Positions 39,865-50,554 are shown, counted from the stretch's first letter. The stretch: DNA of 64,000 nt from Planctomycetota bacterium (GCA_044225365.1 JBGAIQ010000001.1:32001-96000), one strand, 5' to 3'. Made by a program: numbers and translations. Notes: generated from the sequence alone by a model not told the origin.

Positions 39865-40525
39865 AGCGAACGACGGCGCAGAATCGCCACCGCTTTCGGA
39901 GCAGAGTCTCGGCACGTTCCTCGACGGCTGCGCGGCGAGGACCCCGACTCCGGGCGGCGGCGCCGGATGCGCCGTCGTCGCCGCGATCGGCGCGGCGTTC
40001 GGCGCGATGGCCGCGCGCTACACCGAGGGACGCAAGGGAAGCGAGCCGCACGCTCGAGCGGTGGCCGCGGGGATCGCAGCGCTCGACATCGCCCGCACGG
40101 CGCTGCTCGATCTCGCGCAGCGCGATGTCCACGCCTACGCCGGGTTCGATCGTGCGCGACGCCTCAAGAAGAGCACATCCGACGAGGCGCGCATCCGGAC
40201 GCACGCGATGCAGAAGGCGGCGCGCGAGTCGGCGAACGTACCGCTCGCTGCGATCCGTATCACTGCCGACGCCCTCGACGCCATCTCGGCGATCTCTCCT
40301 CATCTCAATCCACACCTCGCGAGCGATACGGGTGTGTCCGCGATCCTGTTGAAAGCGGCATTGCGCGGCCTGCTGCTCAACGTCGAGGTCAACCTGACTT
40401 CGCTTCCTGCCGATGAAGCGGATCGACTTCGCAAGGAAGCGAACGAGATCGTGTCCCGCGGCGAATGGGCCGCACAATCGACGCTCGCCGACGCCAAGGC
40501 GGCGATGCGGGGAGAGATCCTCTGA
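39857..40525 (+). CDS. Formimidoyltetrahydrofolate cyclodeaminase/cyclohydrolase family protein (FTCD C-terminal)
   Basis: FLD..AARTPTPGGGA, NPHLASD, LLNVEVNL. Confidence 0.85.
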   Translation: MTEANDGAESPPLSEQSLGTFLDGCAARTPTPGGGAGCAVVAAIGAAFGAMAARYTEGRKGSEPHARAVAAGIAALDIARTALLDLAQRDVHAYAGFDRARRLKKSTSDEARIRTHAMQKAARESANVPLAAIRITADALDAISAISPHLNPHLASDTGVSAILLKAALRGLLLNVEVNLTSLPADEADRLRKEANEIVSRGEWAAQSTLADAKAAMRGEIL

Positions 40526-42075
40526 TGACGAAGCGCCCGCTCGCTCTCATCGTGCTCGACGGCTTCGGCGACGGCCCGAAGACCGCTTCGAATGCGATCC
40601 ACGTCGCTCGGCCGAAGTACATCGAGGAACTCGAGGCGCGGTATCCCCGTGGCCAACTCTTCACGAGCGGCGAGTGCGTCGGTCTCCCTGCGGGCCTCAT
40701 GGGCAACTCGGACGTGGGGCACATGAACCTGGGTGCGGGACGCATCGTGTGGCAGGACCTCGTTCGCATCGATCACGCGATCCGTGACGGGCAGCTGCGC
40801 TCGAATCCCGCGCTGGTCGGCGCGGCGGACGCCATCCGCGGCAAGCCCGGCAGTCTCCATCTCATCGGGCTCCTCTCCGACGGCGGCGTGCATTCCTCGG
40901 ACCGACACCTCGCGGCGTTGATGTCGTTGTATCGCGATCTCGGTGTCGCGAGCGATCGCTGCTTCGTCCATGCGCTCCTCGATGGGCGAGACACGCCTCC
41001 GAATTCGGCGCCGGGATACATCGCCGCGCTCGAAGACCAGATGAGATCCGCGAAGTTCGGATCGATCGCGAGCGTTTGCGGGCGCTACTTCGCGATGGAT
41101 CGCGATCAGCGTTGGGAGCGCGTCGAAAAAGCCTATCGCTGCCTCGTCGAGGGAATCGGCGAGACGGCGAACAGCGCGAGCGAAGCGGTCGCGATGGCCT
41201 ACGCCCGCGGCGAGACCGATGAGTTCGTGTTGCCGACCATGATCGGCGCTCGCGGCCGAGGTCGCATCCAGAGCGGCGACGCCGTGGTGTTCTTCAACTT
41301 CCGCGCGGATCGCGCGCGGGAGATCACGCTCGCCTTCCAGGATCCCGAGTTCAACGGCTTTGCTCTACCGGCGCCGCGGCCGCAGGTGTACTTCGCGTCG
41401 CTCACGCGTTACCGCAAGGACTTCCCCGACCTCCACGTCCACGACGCGTTCCCGCCGCAGTCGTTCCAGAACATCCTGACGCAGGTCCTGGCCGCGCGAG
41501 GCGTTTCGCAGTTGCGGATTGCCGAGACGGAGAAGTACGCGCACGTCACGTACTTCTTCTCCGGCGGCGTCGAAGCGACGGTCGCGAAGGAGGAGCGGGT
41601 GATGATCCCGTCGCCCAAGGTGGCGACCTACGATCTGAAACCAGAGATGAGCGCTCCCGAAGTGACGAGTCGACTCGTTTCCGAGATCCAGCGGGAGGTC
41701 CACGACGTCATCGTCCTCAATCTCGCGAATCCCGACATGGTGGGACACAGTGGCAAGCTCGACGCGGCAGTGCTCGCCGTGAAGGCCGTCGATACCGCGC
41801 TCTCGAAGATCGTGCCCGAGATCCTGAAGCGCGATGGGGCGGTGCTCCTCACGGCCGATCACGGGAATTGCGAACAGATGTGGGACGACGTGAACGATTG
41901 TCCTCACACCGCGCACACGACGAATCCCGTTCCGCTCGTGATGATCGGCGAGCGCTTCCGCGGCAAGCGGCTGCGCGAAGGCGGGGTCCTCGCTGACGTG
42001 TCGCCGACCATGCTCGAGATCCTCGGGATCGAGCAACCCGCGGAGATGACCGCCACGTCGCTCTTCGCCCGTTGA
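40525..42075 (+). CDS. gpmI: 2,3-bisphosphoglycerate-independent phosphoglycerate mutase
   Basis: LIVLDGFG, MGNSDVGH, SDGGVHS, GRYFAMDRD, NFRADR, AETEKYAHVT, NPDMVGH, TADHGN. Confidence 0.97.
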   Translation: MTKRPLALIVLDGFGDGPKTASNAIHVARPKYIEELEARYPRGQLFTSGECVGLPAGLMGNSDVGHMNLGAGRIVWQDLVRIDHAIRDGQLRSNPALVGAADAIRGKPGSLHLIGLLSDGGVHSSDRHLAALMSLYRDLGVASDRCFVHALLDGRDTPPNSAPGYIAALEDQMRSAKFGSIASVCGRYFAMDRDQRWERVEKAYRCLVEGIGETANSASEAVAMAYARGETDEFVLPTMIGARGRGRIQSGDAVVFFNFRADRAREITLAFQDPEFNGFALPAPRPQVYFASLTRYRKDFPDLHVHDAFPPQSFQNILTQVLAARGVSQLRIAETEKYAHVTYFFSGGVEATVAKEERVMIPSPKVATYDLKPEMSAPEVTSRLVSEIQREVHDVIVLNLANPDMVGHSGKLDAAVLAVKAVDTALSKIVPEILKRDGAVLLTADHGNCEQMWDDVNDCPHTAHTTNPVPLVMIGERFRGKRLREGGVLADVSPTMLEILGIEQPAEMTATSLFAR

Positions 42076-42106
42076 GGAGCGATCCGTCGGGAGTCGCGAA
42101 TTTGGC

Positions 42107-42136
42107 TTGGAAACCCCGAAGTCCTGCCGCTACGAT
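42107..42136 (+). promoter_or_regulatory. Sigma70-type promoter for tRNA-Ala
   Basis: TTGGAA-18 nt-TACGAT, about 30 nt upstream of the tRNA. Confidence 0.45.
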
Positions 42137-42165
42137 TTCGCGCTCTCTCGGACGCAATGTACTGT

Positions 42166-42241
42166 GGGTGCGTAGCTCAGCTGGGAGAGCGCTACGTTCG
42201 CAACGTAGAGGTCGCCAGTTCGATCCTGGTCGCATCCACCA
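42166..42241 (+). tRNA. tRNA-Ala (anticodon CGC)
   Basis: GGGTGCG/CGCATCC acceptor with G3-U70, D-arm AGCTCAGCTGGGAGAGC, anticodon arm CTACG-TTCGCAA-CGTAG, TTCGA T-loop, encoded CCA. Confidence 0.97.
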
Positions 42242-42256
42242 AGACTTATGATCGCG

Positions 42257-42308
42257 GAAGGAACCGCGCGGCAGCCCCGCTTCTTATGGGGCTTCGCGCG
42301 GTTCCTTC
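42257..42308. terminator. Large hairpin between the convergent tRNA and RND gene (likely bidirectional terminator)
   Basis: GAAGGAACCGCGCGGCAGCCCC...GGGGCTTCGCGCGGTTCCTTC. Confidence 0.65.
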
Positions 42309-45300
42309 ACGTTTCCAGGCTCGGCGCCCCGCGTAGAAGCTGCGGCGAGACGTTCGCGAAAGGTCTCGACGAGTGCGTAGAGCGCGGGGATGACGACGAG
42401 CGTCAGCAAGGTCGACAGCAAGAGACCGCCGATGACGGTCACCGCGAGCGGAGCCTGGAGTTCGGATCCGGCCCATAGCCAGACCGGAAGATGTTGGATG
42501 CCCGGGATCCGTTCGAGCACACCGGTCAGCGGCACGAGGCCGAGGACGGTCGTTCCGGTCGTCATCAAGATGGGGCGGAGGCGAGCTCCCGCGGCTTCGA
42601 CGAGCGCGTCGACGACCGACATCCCGCGCGCTCGCAATTGATTCGTGTAATCGAGCATCACGATGGCGTTCTTGACCACGATTCCCGCGAGCACGACCGC
42701 GCCGATCAGCGCGACGACCGACATCGGGGTGTGGGTCAGGTAGAGCGCGAGGATGCCGCCGACGAGGGCGAGCGGAATCGTCATCATGATGATGAGCGGC
42801 TGGATGATCGATTCGAACTCGGCGGCCATCACGAGATAGACGAGGAAGATCGCGATGAGCGTGACCATCTTCATCTCGTCGAGCGCGCCCCCGATGTCGG
42901 CGCCTTGTCCGCCCGTCGAGCACGTGATGGTCGGGTGTTCGCGTTCGACATCGGACAGGACCCGGCGGATGTCGTTCAGCGCGGATCCGATGTCGAAACC
43001 GCTCGTGCTCGCCGACACCACGGCAGCGCGTTGGCCGCTGATGCGACGGATCTCGGAGGGGCCCTCGACGATCTTCACCTGCGCGACCTGTCGCAGCGGG
43101 ATGGGCGCGGTGGCTCCGAGATCGACCGTGACGCCCGGGAAGAACGTGCGATCGACCTTCTTCGAACTGCCCGTGCTGGTGCCTCCTCCCTCCGAGCCGC
43201 GGTCGAGCGTGTCGGCGAGATCGACGGCACGGCCGCGATTCACGGTGAGCGACAGCAGATCGTCGACGGTCATGACGTCGGACTTGACGCGGATGTCGAC
43301 GCGGCGATCGCCTTCGGCGAAGCGCGTCGAGACGACGCCCTGCACCTGCGCGCGAATTCGATTGCTGATCGCTTCGATGTCGAGGCCGAAGCGCAGCATT
43401 CGCTCGCGATCGAGCGTGAGCAGGATCTCTGGATTCCCGCGACCGATCGTCGAACGAACGTCGGAGAGCTCTGGGATCGCCTGAAGCTGGCGCGTGAGAT
43501 CGACTGCCGCCGCACGTAGCTCCGTGAGGTCTTCGCCGCGGGCTTCGACTGCGAGCGGCGCTTTGATCGAGAAGAGCGTGGGCCGTGAGAAGCGGAATCC
43601 CGTCAGTTCCGCGCGCTGGGAGAGGATCGAGCGGACGTCTTCGATGAGACGTTGCTCGAACTTCGCGCGCTCGGCGGCCGGGATCGAGCCGCTGCCCGTA
43701 CTGAGCTTCAGAAGGATCTTCGCCGTGTGACTGCCCTCGTCGACTCCCGCAACCTCGTCGCGAGCGATGCCGCACGACGAACTGACTTCGGCGATTCCGG
43801 AGACCTTGGAGATCGCATTCTCGACGGGGAGGAGCATCGCCGCGGTTTCCTCGACGGGCGTGCCCACGCGCAGGTCGACATCGACGATCAACTCGCCCTG
43901 GTGCACTTCGGGCAGCATCTCGGATCCGAGTTCGTCGACGAGGCCGTACGTGACGACGCCGATCGCGGTCGCGAAGATCATGAGCGCGACCATGCGCAGG
44001 TTGCTCTTCAGTAGGAATCGCAGGACGGCGGGATACGCCTTCGCGAGGGGCAGGTAGGTGCGATCGAATAAGAACGCGAGGGGAGCTGCCGCGAGAGCCA
44101 GCACGCGGATCGCCAGCGCACCGAGTCCGATCACGGCGTAGATCGCCGCCGCGACCACTCCGAGCATCACCCGCCCGAGGAACTCACAAGCGATCTGCAA
44201 GAGATCGACGGGGAATCGAACGACGCGGCCGATCTTCTCGAGCGCTCCCGTCGACGGAGCGCGATCGCGCAGGGCTCGCACCGCGAGCAGGCCACGCGGC
44301 CGCACGATCGGGCCGAGTAGCGCCCCGAGGAACGCTTTGGGTTGCGCGTAGATCGATCCGCGTTCGTTCCACGCGCCATGCTTTCGCGTCTTCTTCTCCT
44401 CGGCCGTTCCGCTCATGCTCGAGAATTGCGCGGCGAGCACGGGGACGAAGAACAGGGCGACGAAGATCGATGACGCGAGCGCGAACACTACGGTGAGCGC
44501 CTGGTCCTTGAAGATCTGTCCCGCGATGCCGGAGACGAACGCCACCGGGAAGAACACGGCGATCGTCGTCAGCGTCGAGGCGATGACGGCGGCGCCGACT
44601 TCGCGTGTTCCACGCAATGCGCCGCGGGTCGGATCGTCCCCTTCCTCTCGACAACGTACGATCGACTCGAGCACGACGATCGAGTCATCGACGAGCATGC
44701 CGATGCCGAGCGCGAGCCCGCCGAGCGACATGATGTTGAGCGTGGTGTGCGTCGCGAACATGCAGGCGAACGTCGCGATCACCGAGAGCGGGATCGAGAT
44801 CGAGAGCATCGACGTCGCGCCGAGGTTGCGCAGGAAGAGCAGGAGCACGACGACCGAGAGCAGACCGCCGAGTAGACCGGCGCCCTTGACTTCCTCGATC
44901 GCGTTCTCGATGAAGACCGATTGATCGGAGAGCACGCGGGCTTCGATGCCGCGAGGAAGCTTGGAGACGATCGTGTCCTGGGCCCGCTTCTTCCGCTCCG
45001 CGAGGTCCCGCAGCTTGAGGACGGCGGCAGGTTCCTGCGGGCGGGACTTCGCATCGTCCTTCGTCCCGGGGCTCGCGGAGGTCGCGGGTGCGTCCTTCTC
45101 GAGTTTCAGCAATTCAGCGCTGAGGAGCTTCTCGGGATCGGGTTGTTTTCCCGACTCGATCTCCGCCAGGAACTTCCGATCCTCGTCGCTGCCGAGGAGG
45201 CTTGTGCGCACTGCTTTGGCGAGGTCGACGATGTTCGCATCGGCCTCGCGGAAGACTTGCAGCTCGACACTCTCACGTCCGGCGACGCGGGTGATCACGT

Positions 45301-46159
45301 CGCGTTCCTTCGCCGTGCGTTCGACCGTCGCGACGTCCTTCACTCGAATCGGCTGCCCGCCGCGTTCGGCGACACCGAGATCGAGGATCTCGTCGAGCGT
45401 CTTGAACTCGTTCAACGTGCGGACGAGGTATTCCGTGTCGCCCTCGATCAGCTTGCCGCTCGCGAGGTTCACGTTCTCGATGCGCAGTTTGCGATCGACT
45501 TCGGAGATGTCGAGATTGAGCTGCGACAACTTCTTGTTGTCGAGGCGAACACGGATCTCGGTCTCGAGACCGCCGCGCGTCTTCACCGCCGCGACGCCGG
45601 AGATGGTCTGCAGTTTGCGACCGATGATCTCCTCCGCGGCGACGCGCGTCTCGGCGAGATCGCGATCGCCGTAGACCGCGATCCGCAGCACGGGGTCGAG
45701 CGACGGGTCGTAGCGCAGGACGAGCGGCGCCTTCACGTCCGCCGGCAGGTTCGCGCGGTCCAGTCGCTCGCGAATCTCCTGCGTCGCGAGCGAGAGCGAT
45801 TTGCCCCACTGGAATTCGAGGAGCACGTCGGAGACGCCGGGACGAGAAGTGGAGCTGTGGCCAACGAGCCCGGGAAGGACCGCGAGCGCTTCCTCGATGC
45901 GTTTCGAGATGCGCTCTTCGATGTCCTCGGGTCCGGCGCCGAGGTACTCCGTGCGAACGGTCACCGAGGGGTAGCTGATCGGCGGCAGGAGCTCGAGCGG
46001 GATCTTGCGGAAGGAGATGTAGCCGAACGTCGCGACGGCGAGCACGATCATCGTGACCGCGACGGGGCGCGCGATCGCGAAGCCGTACGCGCCGCCGTCC
46101 TTCAGCGCTTCGTCGCGACGGGCCTTTGCTTCGTCGCGATCCGTTTCGCCGCGGGTCAT
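42284..46159 (-). CDS. RND efflux permease (AcrB/AcrD/AcrF family) with insertions
   Basis: AIARPVAV, P.ELLP.I.YP, TM4 GMLVDDSIVVLE, ASTLTTIAVFFP, GIVVKNAI, RLRPILMTT, VIGGL. Confidence 0.95.
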   Translation of the reverse strand: MTRGETDRDEAKARRDEALKDGGAYGFAIARPVAVTMIVLAVATFGYISFRKIPLELLPPISYPSVTVRTEYLGAGPEDIEERISKRIEEALAVLPGLVGHSSTSRPGVSDVLLEFQWGKSLSLATQEIRERLDRANLPADVKAPLVLRYDPSLDPVLRIAVYGDRDLAETRVAAEEIIGRKLQTISGVAAVKTRGGLETEIRVRLDNKKLSQLNLDISEVDRKLRIENVNLASGKLIEGDTEYLVRTLNEFKTLDEILDLGVAERGGQPIRVKDVATVERTAKERDVITRVAGRESVELQVFREADANIVDLAKAVRTSLLGSDEDRKFLAEIESGKQPDPEKLLSAELLKLEKDAPATSASPGTKDDAKSRPQEPAAVLKLRDLAERKKRAQDTIVSKLPRGIEARVLSDQSVFIENAIEEVKGAGLLGGLLSVVVLLLFLRNLGATSMLSISIPLSVIATFACMFATHTTLNIMSLGGLALGIGMLVDDSIVVLESIVRCREEGDDPTRGALRGTREVGAAVIASTLTTIAVFFPVAFVSGIAGQIFKDQALTVVFALASSIFVALFFVPVLAAQFSSMSGTAEEKKTRKHGAWNERGSIYAQPKAFLGALLGPIVRPRGLLAVRALRDRAPSTGALEKIGRVVRFPVDLLQIACEFLGRVMLGVVAAAIYAVIGLGALAIRVLALAAAPLAFLFDRTYLPLAKAYPAVLRFLLKSNLRMVALMIFATAIGVVTYGLVDELGSEMLPEVHQGELIVDVDLRVGTPVEETAAMLLPVENAISKVSGIAEVSSSCGIARDEVAGVDEGSHTAKILLKLSTGSGSIPAAERAKFEQRLIEDVRSILSQRAELTGFRFSRPTLFSIKAPLAVEARGEDLTELRAAAVDLTRQLQAIPELSDVRSTIGRGNPEILLTLDRERMLRFGLDIEAISNRIRAQVQGVVSTRFAEGDRRVDIRVKSDVMTVDDLLSLTVNRGRAVDLADTLDRGSEGGGTSTGSSKKVDRTFFPGVTVDLGATAPIPLRQVAQVKIVEGPSEIRRISGQRAAVVSASTSGFDIGSALNDIRRVLSDVEREHPTITCSTGGQGADIGGALDEMKMVTLIAIFLVYLVMAAEFESIIQPLIIMMTIPLALVGGILALYLTHTPMSVVALIGAVVLAGIVVKNAIVMLDYTNQLRARGMSVVDALVEAAGARLRPILMTTGTTVLGLVPLTGVLERIPGIQHLPVWLWAGSELQAPLAVTVIGGLLLSTLLTLVVIPALYALVETFRERLAAASTRGAEPGNVKEPREAP

Positions 46160-47433
46160 TGCGAACCCGTTGCGATCGAGACCGGATCACCGTCGCGCAG
46201 GCGATCCTGACCCACGAGGATGACGCGCATGTTCATGTCGGGCGGTGCGCCGTCGACCGTGAGGATCTCGTACTGACCGTGCGACGCTTCGTCGCGTTCG
46301 ACCAGATGGCGCCGAGCCACGCCGTTCTCGAAGCTGAACAGCCAGTCCTTCTTGTCCTCGCGGACGATCGCGCGCTTGTTGACGACGACGCCTTCCTTGC
46401 TGCCGACCAGGATCGCGGCCTTCGCGAACATACCGGGCTTCACCTTGCCGATCGCATTGTCGGGCAGGCGGACGCGGACCCGGATCTGCCCGCTGCTCGG
46501 GTCGACGGACGGGTTGATCGCTTCGATCTTGCCGATGAACGTGTCCTTCGGAAATGCGCCGAGCGTGAGTCGCGTCTCGAGTCCGAGGTGCGATACGGCT
46601 TCGAACTGGTCCTGATTGATCGATACGTAGGCACGCAATCGCGAAGGATCGACGAGGGTGAACAGGTGCGTGCTCGAGTTGACGAGCAATCCGGAATTGA
46701 CGTCCCGTCGCTGCACGACGCCGTCGATCGTCGAAAGCACGATCGTGTCGGCAAGGTCCTTCTTGGCGGCATCGAGTTCGATCTTCGCGGACTCGGTCGC
46801 GAGCTTGGCGAGTTCGACTTCGATCTTGCTGCGTTCCACGCCGAGGTCGAGCGCCTCGAGTTCAGCGGTCTGCCGCGCGAACTCGGCCTCGGTGTCCTGG
46901 ATCTCCTTCTCGGTGAGGACTTCGATCCCGCCCTTCTGCGTGTCGAGAGCGCGTTGGAAATCCGCCTTCGCCTTGTCGAACTGGGCCTTCTGCGCACGCG
47001 CGCGGGCGGCGGCCTCCTTCGATTGGGAATCCGCCTGCTTCTCCGACTGCTGGCGCTGGCGCCACATCGCATCGCGGCGTGCGACTTCGATCTTGAAGTC
47101 GACGTCGTTGAGGAGGAGCAAGGGTTGCCCGACCTTCACTTCGGACCCTTCGTCGACGAGGACTTCCTTGATGTACGCCGGTCCGACCTTGGGGTAGACG
47201 TCGACGCGCAGGTCGGCCTCGATGTCGGTCGTACCGGGGATGGTGGAATCGACCGGGCGCAACTCGAATTTTCCGACCTCGACGAGCGTGGTGGCGGCGC
47301 CGCGCGGCGTCACGACCTTGGGATCGGGAGTATCGGTTGCAATTCCAGGAGCGCCCGCGGAGTCCGGACTACACCCGGCGGCGAGCGCGAGCCAGCCGAG
47401 TCCGAGTGTCACGGCGAGGGCGCGCAGGGGCAT
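46156..47433 (-). CDS. RND periplasmic adaptor (membrane fusion protein), lipoprotein
   Basis: Lipobox LAAGC, lipoyl halves VDEGSEVKVGQPL and STIDGVV, long hairpin, INPSVD, KPGMFA. Confidence 0.92.
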   Translation of the reverse strand: MPLRALAVTLGLGWLALAAGCSPDSAGAPGIATDTPDPKVVTPRGAATTLVEVGKFELRPVDSTIPGTTDIEADLRVDVYPKVGPAYIKEVLVDEGSEVKVGQPLLLLNDVDFKIEVARRDAMWRQRQQSEKQADSQSKEAAARARAQKAQFDKAKADFQRALDTQKGGIEVLTEKEIQDTEAEFARQTAELEALDLGVERSKIEVELAKLATESAKIELDAAKKDLADTIVLSTIDGVVQRRDVNSGLLVNSSTHLFTLVDPSRLRAYVSINQDQFEAVSHLGLETRLTLGAFPKDTFIGKIEAINPSVDPSSGQIRVRVRLPDNAIGKVKPGMFAKAAILVGSKEGVVVNKRAIVREDKKDWLFSFENGVARRHLVERDEASHGQYEILTVDGAPPDMNMRVILVGQDRLRDGDPVSIATGSQ

Positions 47434-47696
47434 GGCTCGCGGCCGGAATCGCCGGGTGGGGAATCGATCGGAGGGCGGGGACGAAGTCGTGGGCTGCAAG
47501 GATCCTCCCGGCGCGCGGGCAAGGCGGTCGTCGAACGTGCCGTTTCGTGAGTGCAGAACTCTGCGCAATACGCTCCGTCCTGCGCTGCGTTGGCTACGAT
47601 CCCGCTCGCTCCGCCGTTCCAGTGAAGGAACCGCGTCGCGAACTCTTCAGCATCTCTCGGGACGATCCAACGGACGCACATTCCGGAATCCTCACC

Positions 47697-48947
47697 ATGA
47701 TATCCGTCGACGAAGCGATCGCGATCATTCTGCAGCGGACATCGACCCCTTCGGCCGACTCGTTCGAACACGTGTCGCTGCTCGATTCTCTCGGCCGCGT
47801 GCTCGCAGCGCCCGTTGTCGCGAAGGACGATCTGCCGCTCTTCTCGCGTTCGACGGTCGACGGCTTCGCGGTGCGGGCCGCGGATGCTCCACTGTTTCGG
47901 GATCCAGGACTGCGAATCGTGGGGGAGTCCGCCGCGGGCATGCCATCCGGATGCAGTGTGGGAGCGGGCGAAGCGGTCAAGATCTTCACCGGTGCGAAGC
48001 TGCCGAGCGGCGCCGACGCCGTGATCATGGTCGAGGACTCGACGACCGAAGGCGATCACGTCCGCTTCGGCGTCACGGCCCGCGCCGGACAGAACTACTC
48101 GAAGCAGGGCGAGGACCTGAAGCGCGGGGATACCGCCCTTTGCGCCGGGGACGCCATCTCGAGCGGCGCGATCGGACTCCTCGCCTCTCTCGGGGCCACC
48201 TCGCTGGGGGTGAGATCGCGGCCGCGCGTCGCGATCCTGCCGACGGGGACCGAGCTCGTCCGCGCGCACGAGACGCCGCAAGAAGGGCAGATCCGGGAGT
48301 CCAACGCCGCGGTGCTCGCGGCGCTCATCCATCTCGCGGGATGTGAACCCGTCGACCTCGGCATCGTGCGGGACGATCGGGCGCGGATCAAGCAGGCGGC
48401 CGAACGCGGCCTCGAGTGCGACGTGCTGCTCGTCTCGGGCGGTTCGTCGGTCGGCGACTACGATTTCACGCCGGAGATCCTGGCCGAGCTGGGAGTCGAA
48501 GTTCACTTCGATCGCGTGAATCTGAAGCCGGGAAAGCCCACTTTGTTCGGTACCCGCGGCGATCGCGCGGTCTTCGGACTTCCGGGCAATCCCATCTCTG
48601 CGTTCGTGACCTTTCACCTGTTCGTGCGACCCGCGCTCCTGGTGCGGGCGGGCCTGCCTGCCTCACCGCCTCCGCGATTGGGGGCGCGATTGCTCTCGTC
48701 GGTGAAGCGCAGCAAGGATCGCGATCAGGCATTGCCCGCCGCGCTCACGATCGATCCGCAGACGTACGATCTCGCAATACGCTTCGTGGGCTGGCACGGC
48801 TCGGGCGACGTGACGTGTCTGAGCGATGCCAACGCTCTCCTCTTCGTGCCGCGGGGCGACGGCGCGCTCGAAGCGGGCGAGATCGTTCGCGCCACGCCGC
48901 TCGACGGCGGACGCATGGGGGACTTCGCGATGGGATTCGCGTCATGA
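47697..48947 (+). CDS. moeA: Molybdopterin molybdotransferase MoeA/Glp
   Basis: LGRVLA, STVDGFA, IFTGA.LP.GADAV, TGTELV, SGGSSVGDYD, KPGKP, GLPGNP. Confidence 0.95.
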   Translation: MISVDEAIAIILQRTSTPSADSFEHVSLLDSLGRVLAAPVVAKDDLPLFSRSTVDGFAVRAADAPLFRDPGLRIVGESAAGMPSGCSVGAGEAVKIFTGAKLPSGADAVIMVEDSTTEGDHVRFGVTARAGQNYSKQGEDLKRGDTALCAGDAISSGAIGLLASLGATSLGVRSRPRVAILPTGTELVRAHETPQEGQIRESNAAVLAALIHLAGCEPVDLGIVRDDRARIKQAAERGLECDVLLVSGGSSVGDYDFTPEILAELGVEVHFDRVNLKPGKPTLFGTRGDRAVFGLPGNPISAFVTFHLFVRPALLVRAGLPASPPPRLGARLLSSVKRSKDRDQALPAALTIDPQTYDLAIRFVGWHGSGDVTCLSDANALLFVPRGDGALEAGEIVRATPLDGGRMGDFAMGFAS

Positions 48948-50554
48948 CCGATCGAACTCCGCGCTCGCGGCCCTTCGTGCTCGCCGTGCTCTCCGCGTTG
49001 CTGCTCGTGTTCGCGCAGCAGCCCTACGGCGCGTGGCCGCTCGCATTCTTCGCGATCGTTCCGCTCGCCTTGCTCGCGGAGATGGACGAAGCCGCCGCCC
49101 CGCGCCGCTACCTCGCCGCGTATCTCGGCGGCTACGTGCATTTCTTCGTCGGGTGCTTCTGGCTGCGCCACACGCATCCCGCGAGCCTCGTGATGATGAC
49201 GGCCGCCGAGGCCTTTGCGTTTCCGCTCTACGTGTTCTTTCACCGCAGTCTTCGCGATTCGAAAGTGCCAAGCGTGATCGCGTTGCCGTGTGCATTCGTC
49301 GCCGTCGAGTGGCTGCGCTCGGCTGGCCCATCCAACGGGTTCCCCTACTTGCTCGTCGGTTGCGCGCTGGCCACTCCGATCGAATTGCCGCAGGCTGCGG
49401 AATGGGGCGGAGTCTTCTATCTGTCCTTCCTTGCCGCACTCGCGAACGGCTTCCTCGTCCTCGGCTGGCGGTGCCGACCCGTAAAGGCGGTCGCGATCGC
49501 TTGCCTCTTCGCTGCGTTCCACGTTCCCTTCCTCCTCTACGTCTACGGCAAGTCGCGCATCCCGGAGATCGAGGAGCGCGAGACGACGGGGCCGACGGTC
49601 GTCGCGATCCAGGCGAACATCCCGCAGGATCTGAAGCAGGACGTCAAGCGAGGCCGCAAGGACTCGGCAGAGGAGATCTTCCGTCAGCATCTCGACCTGA
49701 CGAAGCAAGCCGTAGTCGAGCACGATGTCGATCTCGTGGTCTGGCCCGAGACGATGTTCCCCAAACCACTCGGCGCGCGCTTCGAAACCGTCGACGAGCA
49801 CGACTTGGTGGGGATTCAAACGATCGAGCGAGTGCTCCGTCCCGCAAGCGCTCATCTGCTCCTCGGAGCTGTGACTGTCGATGGAACAGAACCAATCAAG
49901 GATCCCACTCGCAACTCCGCGATCCTCTACGCGTTCGACGGAACGCGAATGGGCGTGTATTCGAAGACCGTCCTGGTCCCAGGTGGCGAATTCATCCCCT
50001 TCTACTCAGCTCTCAAGTTCATCATCGATCCGATCGTGCTCTCGATCTCGCCGGTCGTCCCGCAACTGACCGCGGGCGACGGGCCCACGGTGTTCTCCAT
50101 CGCGACGGGGGACGGTGTGATGCACCCTTTCGGTACCACGATCTGCTACGAGAACGTGTATCCGGACTACTGCGCGAAGATCGCGCGGGGGGTCGAGTTC
50201 GTCGTCAATCTCTCGAACGAAGCCTGGTTCAAGGACAGCGGCGAGTTCGATCAGATGGAGGCCGCGTCGCGCTTGCGGGCGATCGAATCGCGCCGCAGTC
50301 TCGTCCGCGCGACCAATTCGGGCATCTCCGCGCTCTACGACGCGACGGGCAAACGACTCGCCGTGCTCACCGACGAGCAGGGCCGCGATCGGGAGATTCC
50401 GGGCTTCCTGAAGGTCCAGGTTCCGATCTGCGCCGAGGAAACCGTCTTCGCGCGGCGGAGGAGTGCGCCCTTCGCCGTGCTTTCGGCGATCGTCGCCATC
50501 TCGTCCCTGCTGCGCGAATTCGTGCGCCGTTACCGGCGGCTCACGGCGCGCTAA
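48944..50554 (+). CDS. lnt: Apolipoprotein N-acyltransferase
   Basis: TM domain with EWLR; nitrilase triad motifs WPET, K.VLVPGGEFIP, ICYE; RAIE.RR, NSGIS. Confidence 0.95.
   Translation: MTDRTPRSRPFVLAVLSALLLVFAQQPYGAWPLAFFAIVPLALLAEMDEAAAPRRYLAAYLGGYVHFFVGCFWLRHTHPASLVMMTAAEAFAFPLYVFFHRSLRDSKVPSVIALPCAFVAVEWLRSAGPSNGFPYLLVGCALATPIELPQAAEWGGVFYLSFLAALANGFLVLGWRCRPVKAVAIACLFAAFHVPFLLYVYGKSRIPEIEERETTGPTVVAIQANIPQDLKQDVKRGRKDSAEEIFRQHLDLTKQAVVEHDVDLVVWPETMFPKPLGARFETVDEHDLVGIQTIERVLRPASAHLLLGAVTVDGTEPIKDPTRNSAILYAFDGTRMGVYSKTVLVPGGEFIPFYSALKFIIDPIVLSISPVVPQLTAGDGPTVFSIATGDGVMHPFGTTICYENVYPDYCAKIARGVEFVVNLSNEAWFKDSGEFDQMEAASRLRAIESRRSLVRATNSGISALYDATGKRLAVLTDEQGRDREIPGFLKVQVPICAEETVFARRRSAPFAVLSAIVAISSLLREFVRRYRRLTAR

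Noticed and set aside
40699-40722. GpmI motif GNSDVGH instead of GNSEVGH
   Set aside because: Conservative change; the phospho-Ser and metal ligands are intact
42166-42310. tRNA-Ala as an integration site for an island or prophage
   Set aside because: No integrase, no duplicated tRNA 3' end noticed, no compositional shift
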